A stretch of DNA of 63,409 bases, filler included, from Olpidium bornovanus S191 (Eukaryota > Fungi > Olpidiomycota): assembly GCA_017911155.1 (NCBI GenBank). It is 26 parts of 26 records of this genome, joined end to end, with 100 filler letters (N's around TTAATTAATTAA, not from the genome) between each part and the next. Parts side by side here need not be neighbours in the genome. Positions count along the whole stretch, not along the records: positions 35,434 to 38,607 come from JAEFCI010005405.1; positions 38,708 to 40,550 come from JAEFCI010011200.1; positions 40,651 to 42,509 come from JAEFCI010005934.1; positions 42,610 to 44,688 come from JAEFCI010008274.1; positions 44,789 to 48,419 come from JAEFCI010011463.1; 21 more parts are not named here. The stretch is one strand, 5' to 3'. The notes below the pieces were generated by a model. It made no database searches and had not been told where the DNA came from. It was given only the letters and a program-made list of their open reading frames with translations. The position numbers were made by a program, and so were the translations under genes. This document shows, piece by piece, positions 35,434 through 46,603 of the stretch; positions within the stretch are counted from its first letter, which is position 1; every line of letters starts with the position of its first letter.

Positions 35434-36764
35434 ACGTGTCTTAGCTACGCACCGGTTCGGAATAATCTATAATTTATTATTGTAAGCGACCAGCAAAAGT
35501 GCGTCGTCAGATATGACAGGCGCAGACGACCATTCTCCAAAGCCGACAACCATGTGTCATTGATGAATACCGACCTCTCCGGTACCTGCATCTCTCGTGA
35601 CCCGCACTTTCCCATGCATCTCATCGATCTCTTTGGTGTGGCGATGATGGATCCTGAACCTCTGTAAAACACGTCGAGAGCAGCGAAGGGGGAGGATAAT
35701 AATAGATGGAACTGAGATATACCGGTACTGTCCGCCATGTTCTTGGCGACGACAGTTGAGAGCGTGAAGCCGACTCTGCATCCGTGCAGGAATGAACGGC
35801 GTTCGAGACGAACCGCAAAACTAACCTCCTTGCTACTCGAACGTTCCTCAACAATCTTGTTGATTAGTTCGTTAAAAAAGCGGTGCAGATCCTGTGCAAC
35901 AAAAGAAAGAATGAAACTTGTCGTCGCTCTAGCAGACCCGGAAATAAGCAGCCGTTGTCGTTTACCTCTGACATATTCGATTCGAACCGGAGCCAGGAAT
36001 AGTCATTAAAATCAAGGACTACAACGAGAAGGAGCCGAAGATCGTCATCATTTTCCGCCCCGCCTCGATCAGTTCGCGAGTAGTGACCGCCGGGATAACG
36101 CAAACCTGTCTCTGTCACGACGGGAAGGTACACCCTTTCGCCAGTACCCTTGTCAATCATGACCCCAAGTTTTGCTTCGATCTGCGGGCCCCTCGGCGAG
36201 AAGCAATCTTCACTACCGAAGCCGGAGCGTAGGCAGACACTCCACGGGTAGAGACGTCAGTCGTACCTCCACGTTTTCATGTGTCATATGCTTGTACACG
36301 AAATCGGAGACGAGCTTGATCGTAGGGTCTCCAGGGACTTGGCCGAACATGCAGGGCTCAAGAGGCATGCTGCTGGCATGATGATGGTGGGACTGCTGCA
36401 GCTGCACCGCCACTGACGAAGGCGGGGCAGAGGTAGCCTGCGCGGCGGCAGGCGTCCCCGCCGAGCCGGATTGCGCCGCGCCGAAGACCTTCTCCTTCCA
36501 CGGTTGCGCCACTCCCGAGCCCCATAGCGCCGCGGCCGGCGGTGCGCCCGACTGCGGCGCAGCGGCGGCCTCCTGCGGCAGAGAGGTGGGCGGCTGCAAG
36601 CGGCCGCGCCCCGGCGAAGCTTCCTCCTGGGCCTGAGCGGGCGGTGACAAGGTCCCGGCTTTCTTTTTCTTCCGCGCGCCGTCGTCGTCGCCGTCGTCGT
36701 TCCGGTGAAGAGGGGCGCCGTTCCGGCCGGCATCGCTCTGGGCGGGTCCGTGGCCACCGGCCAT
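35434..36764 (-). CDS. CET1: mRNA-capping RNA 5'-triphosphatase, fungal Cet1/Pct1 (triphosphate tunnel metalloenzyme) type, 3' partial
   Basis: PCMFGQVPGDPTIKLVSDFVY..NVE|IEAKLGVMIDKGTGERVYLPVVTET..WLRFESNMS..HRFFNELIN..KVRVTRD. Confidence 0.8.
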
Positions 36765-37430
36765 GTTAGGACAGGCGGGGACGGGGAGCCAAGCGCAGCG
36801 AGCGGGCGGGGCGTGGCGCGGCGCGGCGAGCAGAGGAGCCGGGGGCTGGGCGGCGGGGAGCGGGCGGGCGGGCGGAGAGCGGGCGGGCGGGCGGGCGCGC
36901 GGCGCGCGGCGCGCGGGTGCCGGGCGGCGGCGGGCTGGGGGGCGGCCCGCCGGCGGGCGAAATCCGCGGCCGGAAGGGGAAAGCGCACGTGCGGTCTCGT
37001 GACCGTCTCCCGCTCGAGAGGTGGTCGCCCGCTGTCCCCCTCGCCGCCTGCTGACCGCGGCTCCTCCCCCCGCCGCTCTGGAGAAAGCCGTCGTGCGCGC
37101 GTCGGACGGAGCCCGGCGACTCTTCCTTACCCCCGCGCTTCAGGAAGAGTCTCGCCCTCCGTCCCATGGGCCAGCGCGTCTTTTGCCCGAACTCGCCCGC
37201 GTGTCCGCTCGCGTGCCGCCCGGAACGGGCCCCCGCGTCGCCTCTGCCGCCGAGCTCCGGCTTGCTCTCGTCTTCGGCCTCGTGTGCCTCGCGAAGCGGC
37301 GCCGGCGGCGGGGTCCCACCAAACACCCTTCTCGCCGAGCGTTTCACGCCGGCGGGATACCACCTGGCATGGTGCGTGCCGGGACGCAATCGCCGGCCGC
37401 TGACCGGGCGGCGCTCTCGCTGACACGGCG

Positions 37431-38607
37431 TTGCTGCGTTCCGGCTTCTGCGGCGCCAGCCCGGCCTGTATGACCGGCGTGATGCCGTGCGAAGCCTGCG
37501 CGGCTATTGTCCCGCTTCGACTTCCGCAAGACGACGACGCTGGTTCTACGGATTCAGGCTCGGTGACGGTAGAATTGCTGCTGCAGAAGGCAACGGCGAG
37601 TTGCCTCGCGTGCGGGTTTCGATGCTTGCAAGGTAGAATAATATTCGAACTTGTCGAACAGCTGGTACCTTTCGTTTACACCTCATCGCCGTTGCGGACA
37701 GACTCGAGTCAGCGTGCATTGTGCGGTTTGCGTCCGATCTTTCCGCTCAGCTCGGAAGACGTGGTTTGTTGCGTTCCGTCTGTGCCCTTGCTTGTCAGAA
37801 GCATTTGTTAAATGACGAGCCCTTCACAGCGCCGACGCTAAGCGCATTGGCTTCCTCCGCCTCAGATAGCCATCCAGACCTCCCGGTTCGCGTCTGTTGA
37901 AGTGTACCTTTCACGGAAAATTCGGCAGTTGGCAATCCTTACCGCCGAATTGGCGGCGTGCCAGGCTTCCTTGGAGAATTCGGCCCGCAAAAGAACTCCG
38001 AATGCTCCCAGCAGTGCGGGTCAGATCTCTGTCTTTCGGCGGCCGAAGCGCCCGGGCTTCTTCGCCAAGCCTAAGAAAGCACCCGCCGGTCTCCAACAAA
38101 TTGTTCTGGAAGGCGTTTCCAACCTTCGCGAAGGCGGTTTTGATGACGTCCACGCTGCGCATCATCAAGGACAGTTTCTGGCTGTGCAGACGCCTCATCC
38201 GGAAAACCCGAAGTGCCCAGCTGCGTCGGAAGATGCGGGAAAACGTAAAACGAAAAAGGAAAGAAGTTTGAAATCCCACTGTGCTGTTGCTACAACGAAC
38301 CATTCGAACGCTGCGACCGCCACAGGAGAACCCGATATTCACGAGAAGTTCATGTTGCTGGCAGAGCACCCGAAGGTCCCGGCTGCGACGGTGGCCGAGA
38401 GAAATTGTAAAAAGAAAAAGAAAAGCGCACGGCAAGCCCACTGCGCTGTTGCCATAAAGGGCAATTTGAACGCTGTGGCGGCAGCGGGAGAATGCGATGT
38501 TTTAATGCAACCCGTGACGTTGGTCCACGAGGCAGGTGACGCTCAACAGGCCAGCGCGAACTGCTCCTCCCTTGCAAACGGAAAACGGCGCAAATTGAAC
38601 AACCATG
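37431..38607 (+). CDS. Hypothetical protein (spliced, 3' partial)
   Basis: The 253-aa ORF 37902..38607 has upstream Cys-pair segments (CEAC, CLAC) and an internal degenerate repeat HCAVA..NA.AA.GE.D. No family recognised. Confidence 0.35.
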
Positions 38608-38707
38608 NNNNNNNNNNNNNNNNNNNNNNNNNNNNNNNNNNNNNNNNNNNNTTAATTAATTAANNNNNNNNNNNNNNNNNNNNNNNNNNNNNNNNNNNNN
38701 NNNNNNN

Positions 38708-39675
38708 CATGGGTGGGTACACAAAACAAAGGCTTTCGGAGATCGCCGTGACACTGGACTGGACAAACAGCAGGCCAAAAACGAGCATTAAGTAATTGGT
38801 ACAGGCGCCTTGTGCCGGGCAATCACGGCCCTGTCTACATACCGAACCGCGGCCGTGTATTGCAATGCAGACCGGAACGACGCCTCCGTCGACAACACTG
38901 GGAAGACGCCCCAGCAACCATTCGACGTCGATTACGAAAGTTGAGAGGAATGCCCTGCGCAATTTGTCCTTTTATATGAGACGCAAGTCCCCGTTAACAT
39001 TCTGTCGAGGCACGCTTTATCTGACGTTTCTCGCTGAAAAAGCCACGAGAAGTGCCATCAAATTTTGGACCACAGAGGACGACCTTGGCTCACCGTTTCC
39101 AGGAGCTCATCTATACGAATGTATTTGCCTTTTTCGCGCCAATGACCCCGAACATACGTCAAGTGCATTGAGCCGCCTTCAAACCTGGAGGTTGCTTTGT
39201 CCGATGCCACTTCCGTCGTGGGTTGGAGACGCCAACGTTTCGACTGCCCAACGGTCTTTTCCTCGGCAAAAGCTGCTTCCTGCTCGGGAGTTTCCCCTTC
39301 GCGAGAACGCTTCAACCGTGCCAAACGCTCGCGTTCCATCCCTGCGCGTTCTGCAAGGAAGTTCGTCGCCGTCGACGGCATCGGCTGATCATTTCTCCTA
39401 TCGTGGCATGACGCTGTAGGAAGCGAGGCCACTTCATGCAGCCGAGTGTTCCCGCCTTCAACGGCTGCGTGCTTGGGGTCGTCGAGAAGCGATAAGCGGA
39501 TAGCCTCGGCCAGGTCCGGATCGTTGTCCGGCACTGAACGCCGTTCGTGGTCCCGTTGCCGTGGGGACGTGCACCTTGCCGCTCCGCCGGAGATGTCCTC
39601 GCCGCCAAGCCGCTCTGCCCTCGAGTGCTCTTCCAGCGCGAGGCGTATCGCTTCATCTAGGTCGCGGTCCGCCAT
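38708..39675 (-). CDS. Tyrosyl-DNA phosphodiesterase (TDP1-like) N-terminal part with two UIM-like motifs
   Basis: DRDLDEAIRLALEE and DPDLAEAIRLSLLD (UIM-like), FLAERAGMERERLARLKR, HLTYVRG..YIRIDELL, RAFLSTFVIDVEWLL, LCFVYPPM. The catalytic HxK motif lies beyond the contig end. Confidence 0.72.
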
Positions 39676-39959
39676 TTCCCGTTGCCGGTTAACAGCCTCG
39701 CGACTACGACCACGGGCGGATGGAGAGGGCTGGGAGGAGAGCGAGAGCGGCTTGCCTGCCAAGGACCCCCGCACCCCAGGCGTAACATACCAAAACTGTC
39801 CTAAGCACTTCAACGCCAGCGCCGGCCCACGACACACGCCGGCGCCGTCAAGCGCCAGCTGCCCGCCGCCGCCTCACCGTCTGCAGCGGCCTCCGCAACC
39901 GTCGTTGGCATCTTTCCGCAAAAGCCAAAGCGAGAAATCGCCTGTCGGCGCGTCGAATA

Positions 39960-40200
39960 AAGAGGCATCCCCAGGATCTGCTCCAGTAGGCCGCCGGCGC
40001 CGAATGCGAATTGTTTCTTCAGGTGATCTTTGATCTGAAGCAGTGCGGTGATGTCAGGGCCGGTAATGACCAAATCATCGACGTACAGTGCGAGGATCAC
40101 ACGGCTGTTGCCGATGGCGTCCTTCTTCACGTAGAAGCATGGCTCGCGACTCCCCGGCTAGAACCCAACGGTCCCAAGCGCAGGATCCAGGATGTCGGCC
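39960..40200 (-). mobile_element. Degenerate Ty1/Copia reverse transcriptase fragment
   Basis: GF*PGSREPCFYVKK..ILALYVDDLVITG..QIKDHLKKQF..G..ILGM contains the Copia YVDD motif and an in-frame stop. Confidence 0.88.
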
Positions 40201-40479
40201 CCTGAATGAGGGGAAGAGGGAAGCGGCACGGTTTTTTGGTTATGGTTTTATTCTACAAAAGAAACATAAAACCACGCACGCCGGCAGCCTGTAAACGAAC
40301 AAAAAAAATTGCAGGCGGCCTTTTTTTTTAAAAAAAAAAAAACCAAAAAAGGAGGAAAGAAGAAGAAGAAGTAAAACCCGTATGCTTGCATCCGTCAGGA
40401 ATCGAATTTGCGCTGCCAACCATCAAAAAAAAATAATCAAAAAAAAATTGAAAGAAAAAAAGAAAATTCACCCCGGGGC

Positions 40480-40538
<59 letters not shown>

Positions 40539-41916
40539 GGGTTTCCCCCCNNNNNNNNNNNNNNNNNNNNNNNNNNNNNNNNNNNNNNNNNNNNTTAATT
40601 AATTAANNNNNNNNNNNNNNNNNNNNNNNNNNNNNNNNNNNNNNNNNNNNCATGCGGCGGACTCGACGCGCCAGAGTCCCGAGGTGCGGGATTGGGGTAG
40701 TCGCAGTCTCTTTTGTTGATTTGGGGATTTGGGGAAGGGCAAAGGGTGTTTGGCTTCACTTCGCGGTTCACAGCAGTGCCAGAAATTTTGTAAGGCAGAG
40801 CGCGGAGGTGGTCAGGCACGGCTGCCTCGGCAGGCGAGGCGACCGCGGCGGGTGAAAGACACTTAACCGGCCGAACGGACCGCCCGACCGACGAACCAAT
40901 AACCGACCAGGGCGCCTTCGACCGTCCCCGCCGGACAACGCGAAAGCGGCAGGATGACCCTGCGAGGTCGCATTGAGGTAAAGAGCAGCCGTTGTCGGGG
41001 ATTCTCCGCGGGGAGGCGTGTGCTTCCCTTCAGTCTCACATGACTGGGATGACGTTTGGGAGCGCGCGAGCTTACTTTGCCGTCGGCGCCTGCGCCGCCG
41101 GAAGCTTATCACGAGGAGCGGAGAACATGCGGCGTAGCGCCTCCTGCGATTGCCGTATCCCCAAACCGAACCGCGTTGATCCCGCCAACTTCGGCGATTG
41201 CTCTCTGCCCGCTTGACCTCTGGCTTTAGAGAACACGACCTACTGGGCGACGCGTCGTTCAACTTTACCGTAGGTTCACGGCCAACCGCCGGCAGCCCCA
41301 GCGAAGGCGGAACGCCGTGGGTTTGCGATGCGGCAGGTGCCCTGAGGTGCCCGATCTTTACGCAAAGGGCGATTTTTGGTTTTCCGCTGAGACACGGAAG
41401 TGCTGTCGGCGGGGCGGGCCGCCGGGTAACCCCTGCACGCACGCCTTGGGACGCGGGCCAATCCGGGCTGCTAGTGCTACGCGTCCTCGCCTCTCACGAC
41501 CGTATCCCGCCACCAACAGCCCCCGAGGGGATGACGTTGTGTGGCGCGCACGCGTGTTTCTGGTGCCTAAGTTCGCTTATGCTTGCGCGCTCCGCGACGG
41601 CGGTGCCGTCTATATCGCCGGTCCTTGTCGGAGACCCCATGCGCGCTTTATGCGCTTTCCCTGCGTCGTTCGGCCGGCGACACAAACGGACAATTTGGTT
41701 CAGGCAGCCCGCGCCGCTTATGTTTCGCGCGTTGCCGGCGTTCTTCCGCTGCGCCACGTTCAATACCGAACGGCGCCAGGAAGAGATTGCACGACGCGGC
41801 GTACACAGCACGAAATGCCTAACGGAAGAGGCCCGCGTGCGCGCAATTTCCGGGGGCCTATCTTCCAGTCAACATAAACGCGCGGCGCCTCGGCCAAGTC
41901 TGGTCGAAGCCGCCGA

Positions 41917-42410
41917 GTGAAACGATGGAGCAAAGCGGAGATCGAACTGCTGATGGAAACTGCTAAGTTGAAGGAGGAGCACCCGGAAGTAATCATTTGG
42001 GAAGAATTTGCGAAGAAGATTCAAAGGTCAAGGTCGTCAATGATAGGAATGATCTGTAAGCAGCGAGGAAACTCAAAAATGGTCACCCACAGAATTGCAA
42101 ACTCTTTGTTATGCACTGGAAGGGTGTAAAGTGTCCCGCAAAATCAACTGGTGTGTCGTTGCAGACAAAGTCGGTTGCACAATGCCATCTTGTGCGTCAA
42201 AAGCCGCAGTTATAGGCCTGCGTTCAAGTTCCTCAAAGACAAATTGGACCCCCCTGGAAGATAAACGTCTTCTGCTTGCAGTCGACAAAATCTGAGAAGC
42301 AGCGGTTTGATCAGCTGGCGTGATGTATCAAAACGCTTTCTTGGCCTGTCTGTGGCGGCTGTAAATCAAAGATTCCGTTGTTTGAATTCCACAAAACGAT
42401 GTTGGTTTAG
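41917..42410 (+). pseudogene. Degenerate multi-repeat Myb/SANT-domain gene
   Basis: Three Myb-like repeats: KRWSKAEIELL..IIWEEFAKK; KWSPTELQTL..INWCVVADKVG; NWTPLEDKRLL..ISWRDVSKRF. They are broken by two frameshifts and a TGA. Intronless and more AT-rich than the flanks. Confidence 0.65.
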
Positions 42411-43697
42411 CGTGAGATGCCAAACGATGGCTACACCAATACTCTTGAAATAGCGAGGAATGGAGCGCCACTTAGTGCTGTGGCTAACGGACATCCGAAA
42501 TGTCCCATGNNNNNNNNNNNNNNNNNNNNNNNNNNNNNNNNNNNNNNNNNNNNTTAATTAATTAANNNNNNNNNNNNNNNNNNNNNNNNNNNNNNNNNNN
42601 NNNNNNNNNCCATGCTATACACCCTAACGAAGATTAGCCGAAACGCCTATACCTAACCTGTCGGGGCGCCATCGGCCGTGCGCTTCTCTTTTATCCTTTC
42701 TCGCTTCGTAGAGAATTCAGATTTTCCCATACGTTTTGAGTGGAAACCCAGGTAAAACGCGATTCCGAACGTCGCAATCTTTTGAAGGCCAGAGAAGCAA
42801 GATGTTTAGGCTAGAAATTATCCGTCAGCAGAGAGCCCGCGTCGCGGCTGCTCGGACTGCAACAATCATCCGGCGCCAGCTACGGGGCTGCGGAGAATCG
42901 ACCACTGGGAGTTCTGGTGTTACCTTAAGCGCGGTGAAAGCAAGAAGGAGAGCGGTGAAGGGACACTTCTGTATAGCTCCGGGTTCAGGCAGCCGGACTT
43001 CTCACTCTCCGCTTTTAAGTCGATCTCAGTTCCGCGTGCTCGGACGCGGAGCGCGCTCGCCGGCCGAGGAAGGCGTTGATGACGGCTCGGAAGGGGGACC
43101 GCGGATTCTCCACCATTTTGGAGAGGCCCCCACCCCTCCCCCGCGGCACGGGGGGACGGAGGAGGATGGGCGTTCCCTGAGTGTCTGTCTGTTTTCGGGG
43201 GGCAAGACAGGTAGCGATTGAGTGGCGCCGACGTGCGCTATCCATTTTTGCTTTTTTTTTTTTCCGTTCATTGGATTTTTTTTTTTTTTTTTTTTTTTGG
43301 TTTGGTCGGCTGGCCCATCCCCCCAGAAAGTCACGTCCGCAGGGTGCCGGATTCTGCCCGCACACAGTTGCATTCGCGCGCGCGAGCGGAAAAATTTCCC
43401 TAATCACCAGACTCGCCGCGGGCACCCCCCCCGCTGAGGGGGGGCCGAATTGCCGCCACGTCGGAAAAATCCAGCCCGAAAAGCTCCAAAAAAAAAAAAA
43501 GAAAAAACAATCGCACGTGGGAAATGTGCAAACGTTCGGTTTATTTAAACGGCCGCGTCAGCGAGAGAGCCGCTCGAAACTACTTTTAGCGGGATAACAC
43601 ACGATCCCGTGGTCGTTGTTTCCCGGGGGAGTGGTTTTTTTTTTTCCGCTGCGGCCGTCGGGGGAGGGAGTCGGCGGGCAAGCCGAAGGGGCGTTTC

Positions 43698-44171
43698 TCA
43701 GCGTTTAACAGGGAACTGGATCTCGATTCTGAGTTCGTCGCCGGCGGCGGCCAGGCTGCCGCCGCCGCAGCCCGCCGGGAGCTTGACGTACACCTCGCGC
43801 GACGGGCCGTCCTGCTCGAGGCCGTGGTCGGCGAGCCACTTCACCATCCTCTCGTACGCCTCGTGGATGCGCTCCAGGGCGGTGTCGTGGACGGCGACGG
43901 CCGCGCGCTGCGGCGGCAGCGTCCGCGCCGCGAACCGGCCCTGGCCGGAGACGTCGACGGGCGCGTCGACCGGGAGGCACACCTCCACGTCAATCGGGTC
44001 GCCGCCGCTGTGCAGGACGGCCAGGCCGGGGCCGGCGGCCTGAATCCCGCGCGCCTTCGCGAACCCCGTCAGGTCGTCCCACAGCCGGCCCTGGTCCTGG
44101 AACGAGCCGAGCTTCTCGCGCAGCGAAACGACCAAGAGCGCGGGCACGTCGCGGACTTCGATGTCGGCCAT
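43698..44171 (-). CDS. GyrI-like (AraC/BmrR effector-binding) small-molecule-binding domain protein, 157 aa, intronless
   Basis: MADIEVRDVPALLVVSLR..LWDDL..GPGLAVLH..IDVEVCLPV..TLPPQRAAVAVH..IHEAYERMVKWLADHG..GPSREVYV..IEIQFPV* follows the classic GyrI-like pattern. Confidence 0.88.
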   Translation of the reverse strand: MADIEVRDVPALLVVSLREKLGSFQDQGRLWDDLTGFAKARGIQAAGPGLAVLHSGGDPIDVEVCLPVDAPVDVSGQGRFAARTLPPQRAAVAVHDTALERIHEAYERMVKWLADHGLEQDGPSREVYVKLPAGCGGGSLAAAGDELRIEIQFPVKR

Positions 44172-44204
44172 GGCGGCCGGGGGGGGGGGGGGGGGGGCGC
44201 GGGG

Positions 44205-44240
<36 letters not shown>

Positions 44241-44788
44241 CAGGGATATCGGAAACAGAGGCGGACCCAGCACTCCCACTCACTCCCCGTTCCCCACACG
44301 CGCCCCCGCCTCCCACGCGAACGGGAGCGGTGTTGGAAAATTTCTTTGCGAAAAATACGGTCAGAAAAAAAAAAAAAAAAAAATGAATTAAGCCTCCTGC
44401 GCGGGCGCTTTGCCTCCCGTTCGACCTGCGGGCGCCGGGGTTTTGAAACGGGGCCGCCGCTTGCTCCGCGGCCGGCGAAATCGCAGCGTGGACGGTCAAA
44501 ACCAATCTTCGGAGTAGAAAAACTTTTGTTGCCGGGCCGTCGACCGCGGCGCCTGCTGCCGCTGAATGCGAGAAAGCCTGCCGCGAAGCGCGGGACGGGA
44601 GGGGTGGGGGTGGGGCGGGGGGGGCGGCGGGGGCGGCGGGGGCGGCGGGGAGCGGGGGACGAAGCTCCGGGTGCAATCGGAAGCAGCGNNNNNNNNNNNN
44701 NNNNNNNNNNNNNNNNNNNNNNNNNNNNNNNNTTAATTAATTAANNNNNNNNNNNNNNNNNNNNNNNNNNNNNNNNNNNNNNNNNNNN

Positions 44789-46603
44789 CATGGAAGTGTC
44801 CAAGAGAACAGAAAGAAGAGGGAAACCGAGAAAAAGATGCGACAAAAAAACCGCGCTGTAATCGGCCTTACCGCCTGCCGGTCTTTCATCTCTTCCTTTT
44901 CCAGATCCTTTCGCGCCTCGACCCGCGTCTTCCAGCCTTTTGTACGAGTTTCCGGTCGTAGCTTCGCTTCGTCGGCGATGACGTCTACGAGGTCGATCGC
45001 TGCTCGAAGAAGGTCGGAGTTGTCGACGCCGCTTGGCGACAGGTGGTACGTCAAGGTAAGCAGCTTTTGAACCGGCTCTCTGATTGATTCCAGAGAACGG
45101 GAGAAGGTCACCATATGCGTTTTGCTTTCATTTTGGCCGAATCAACAGATTTCGGAGACGAAACAAGGAATCATTCGCGAGAGCACAGGCAGCATCAGAA
45201 CATACTTGGTCGTCGGTTTCTCAGTCGGCTGATCGGTGATTATCAATTCCTCGAATTGATCGCCGGAGGTGCGGATCGCTGCGACCAAGCGGCCGTTTAG
45301 GATGGATCCCAGCAGCTCGGGTCCTTCGCTCAGGCACACGTGGCTGTCGGGCAGCTCTTCCGCAGCATACTGCCTGGTAAAATTTTCCTTCGAAACAAAA
45401 GGGCCGCATCTCCGGTTTCAGCTTCAGCTCGACGTCGCGTTGTCCATCAATTGGCTTTGACGACACTCACAATGTCCCAACGCGACTTCTTCAGAGACAG
45501 CGCTTTTTTCCGAGGCAACACCGCAAACACAAAGTTCTCGGTCACCTCCGGATCAAGAGCAATTTCGATGGTCTTGATCCAACCAAAAGGCGCGAACACC
45601 GCGAATATTGAAAAATTTTACGCTCGAATCACAAAAGGGAGGCAGCAGCGAACGTGCAGAGGGCCGCTCACCAACGTGTCTCTTATCGGAAAGAACAAGC
45701 GGTAAAACATTCCGAACAAGTCATGCCTGGGTAAAAGCTGCAAATTAATCATGCACGTCCGCGCATTTTATGTAAATACGAAACCACGCGCATGCAGCTT
45801 TTCCCGGGTTCGGAGATGCAAAAAATGCGCCGAACGATCAAAATCGGATTGCTAACGAGCGCGAATGGCAATCCGGGAAGGACGTGCACACCTTCATTTT
45901 CACGAACATGTGTTGGCAATACATCCGTCCGGACGCGTAAACGATGCACCTCGTCGCGCCTTCGCGAACGATAAGATTGCCGTAGTCGTCCCCGACATGT
46001 GCAAAATTCTGTGTGATCAAAAGCGATTGAGACGCCACCCTGCGGGCGCATACGAGCGGATCACTATCTGGTCATTCTGTGCCCCTGGTTTTCCGGCCCC
46101 ACGCAGGTCGTCCGGAAATATCGGCTCTTTCCTGCTCTCCACATCTCCCTTCAACGAGGGTCCGCACGTAACCTCACCCCTTGCCACGTGGATGCGTCAC
46201 CCGCTTTTCTATTTAAGTCCGAGCCATTTCCAATGCCGTCGTCTCAAAACCGGGCCCTCCCCACACACACGGCCTTTTTCTGGCAGAAAGAAATTTTGTT
46301 TTGTTTTACCATGACCGCGCCAGCTTTTCGTTCTTCGCCTTGCCGCGTACGCAGTTGAATGTGTACACAAGCAACAGGCAGATGATGGCGCACTCGACAT
46401 AAAAGTCGCTGAGACGCGCCGAGCGGTAAATCATGTCCGCACCGCGCGTGCGCCCAAACCCTGCAGTCTCGGCGGGGAAACGTCGAGAGAACGCAGCAGA
46501 AGTGTGAAGGCCAGGATCGCCGGCAGGCGCCGGGAACGGGCTTTGTTTCCAGCCGCCGGATCTGGGGGGCAAATAAACCGCCGAACGTCCCCGCCGCGTC
46601 CAT
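44789..46603 (-). CDS. CCDC47/DUF1682 family ER membrane protein (PAT complex subunit-like), partial
   Basis: DFYVECAIICLLLVYTFNCVRGKAKNEKLARSW (TM plus G..N..A..W), QNFAHVG..YASGRMYC, FEELIITDQPTEKP, KLRPETRTK..TRVEA. Confidence 0.7.
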
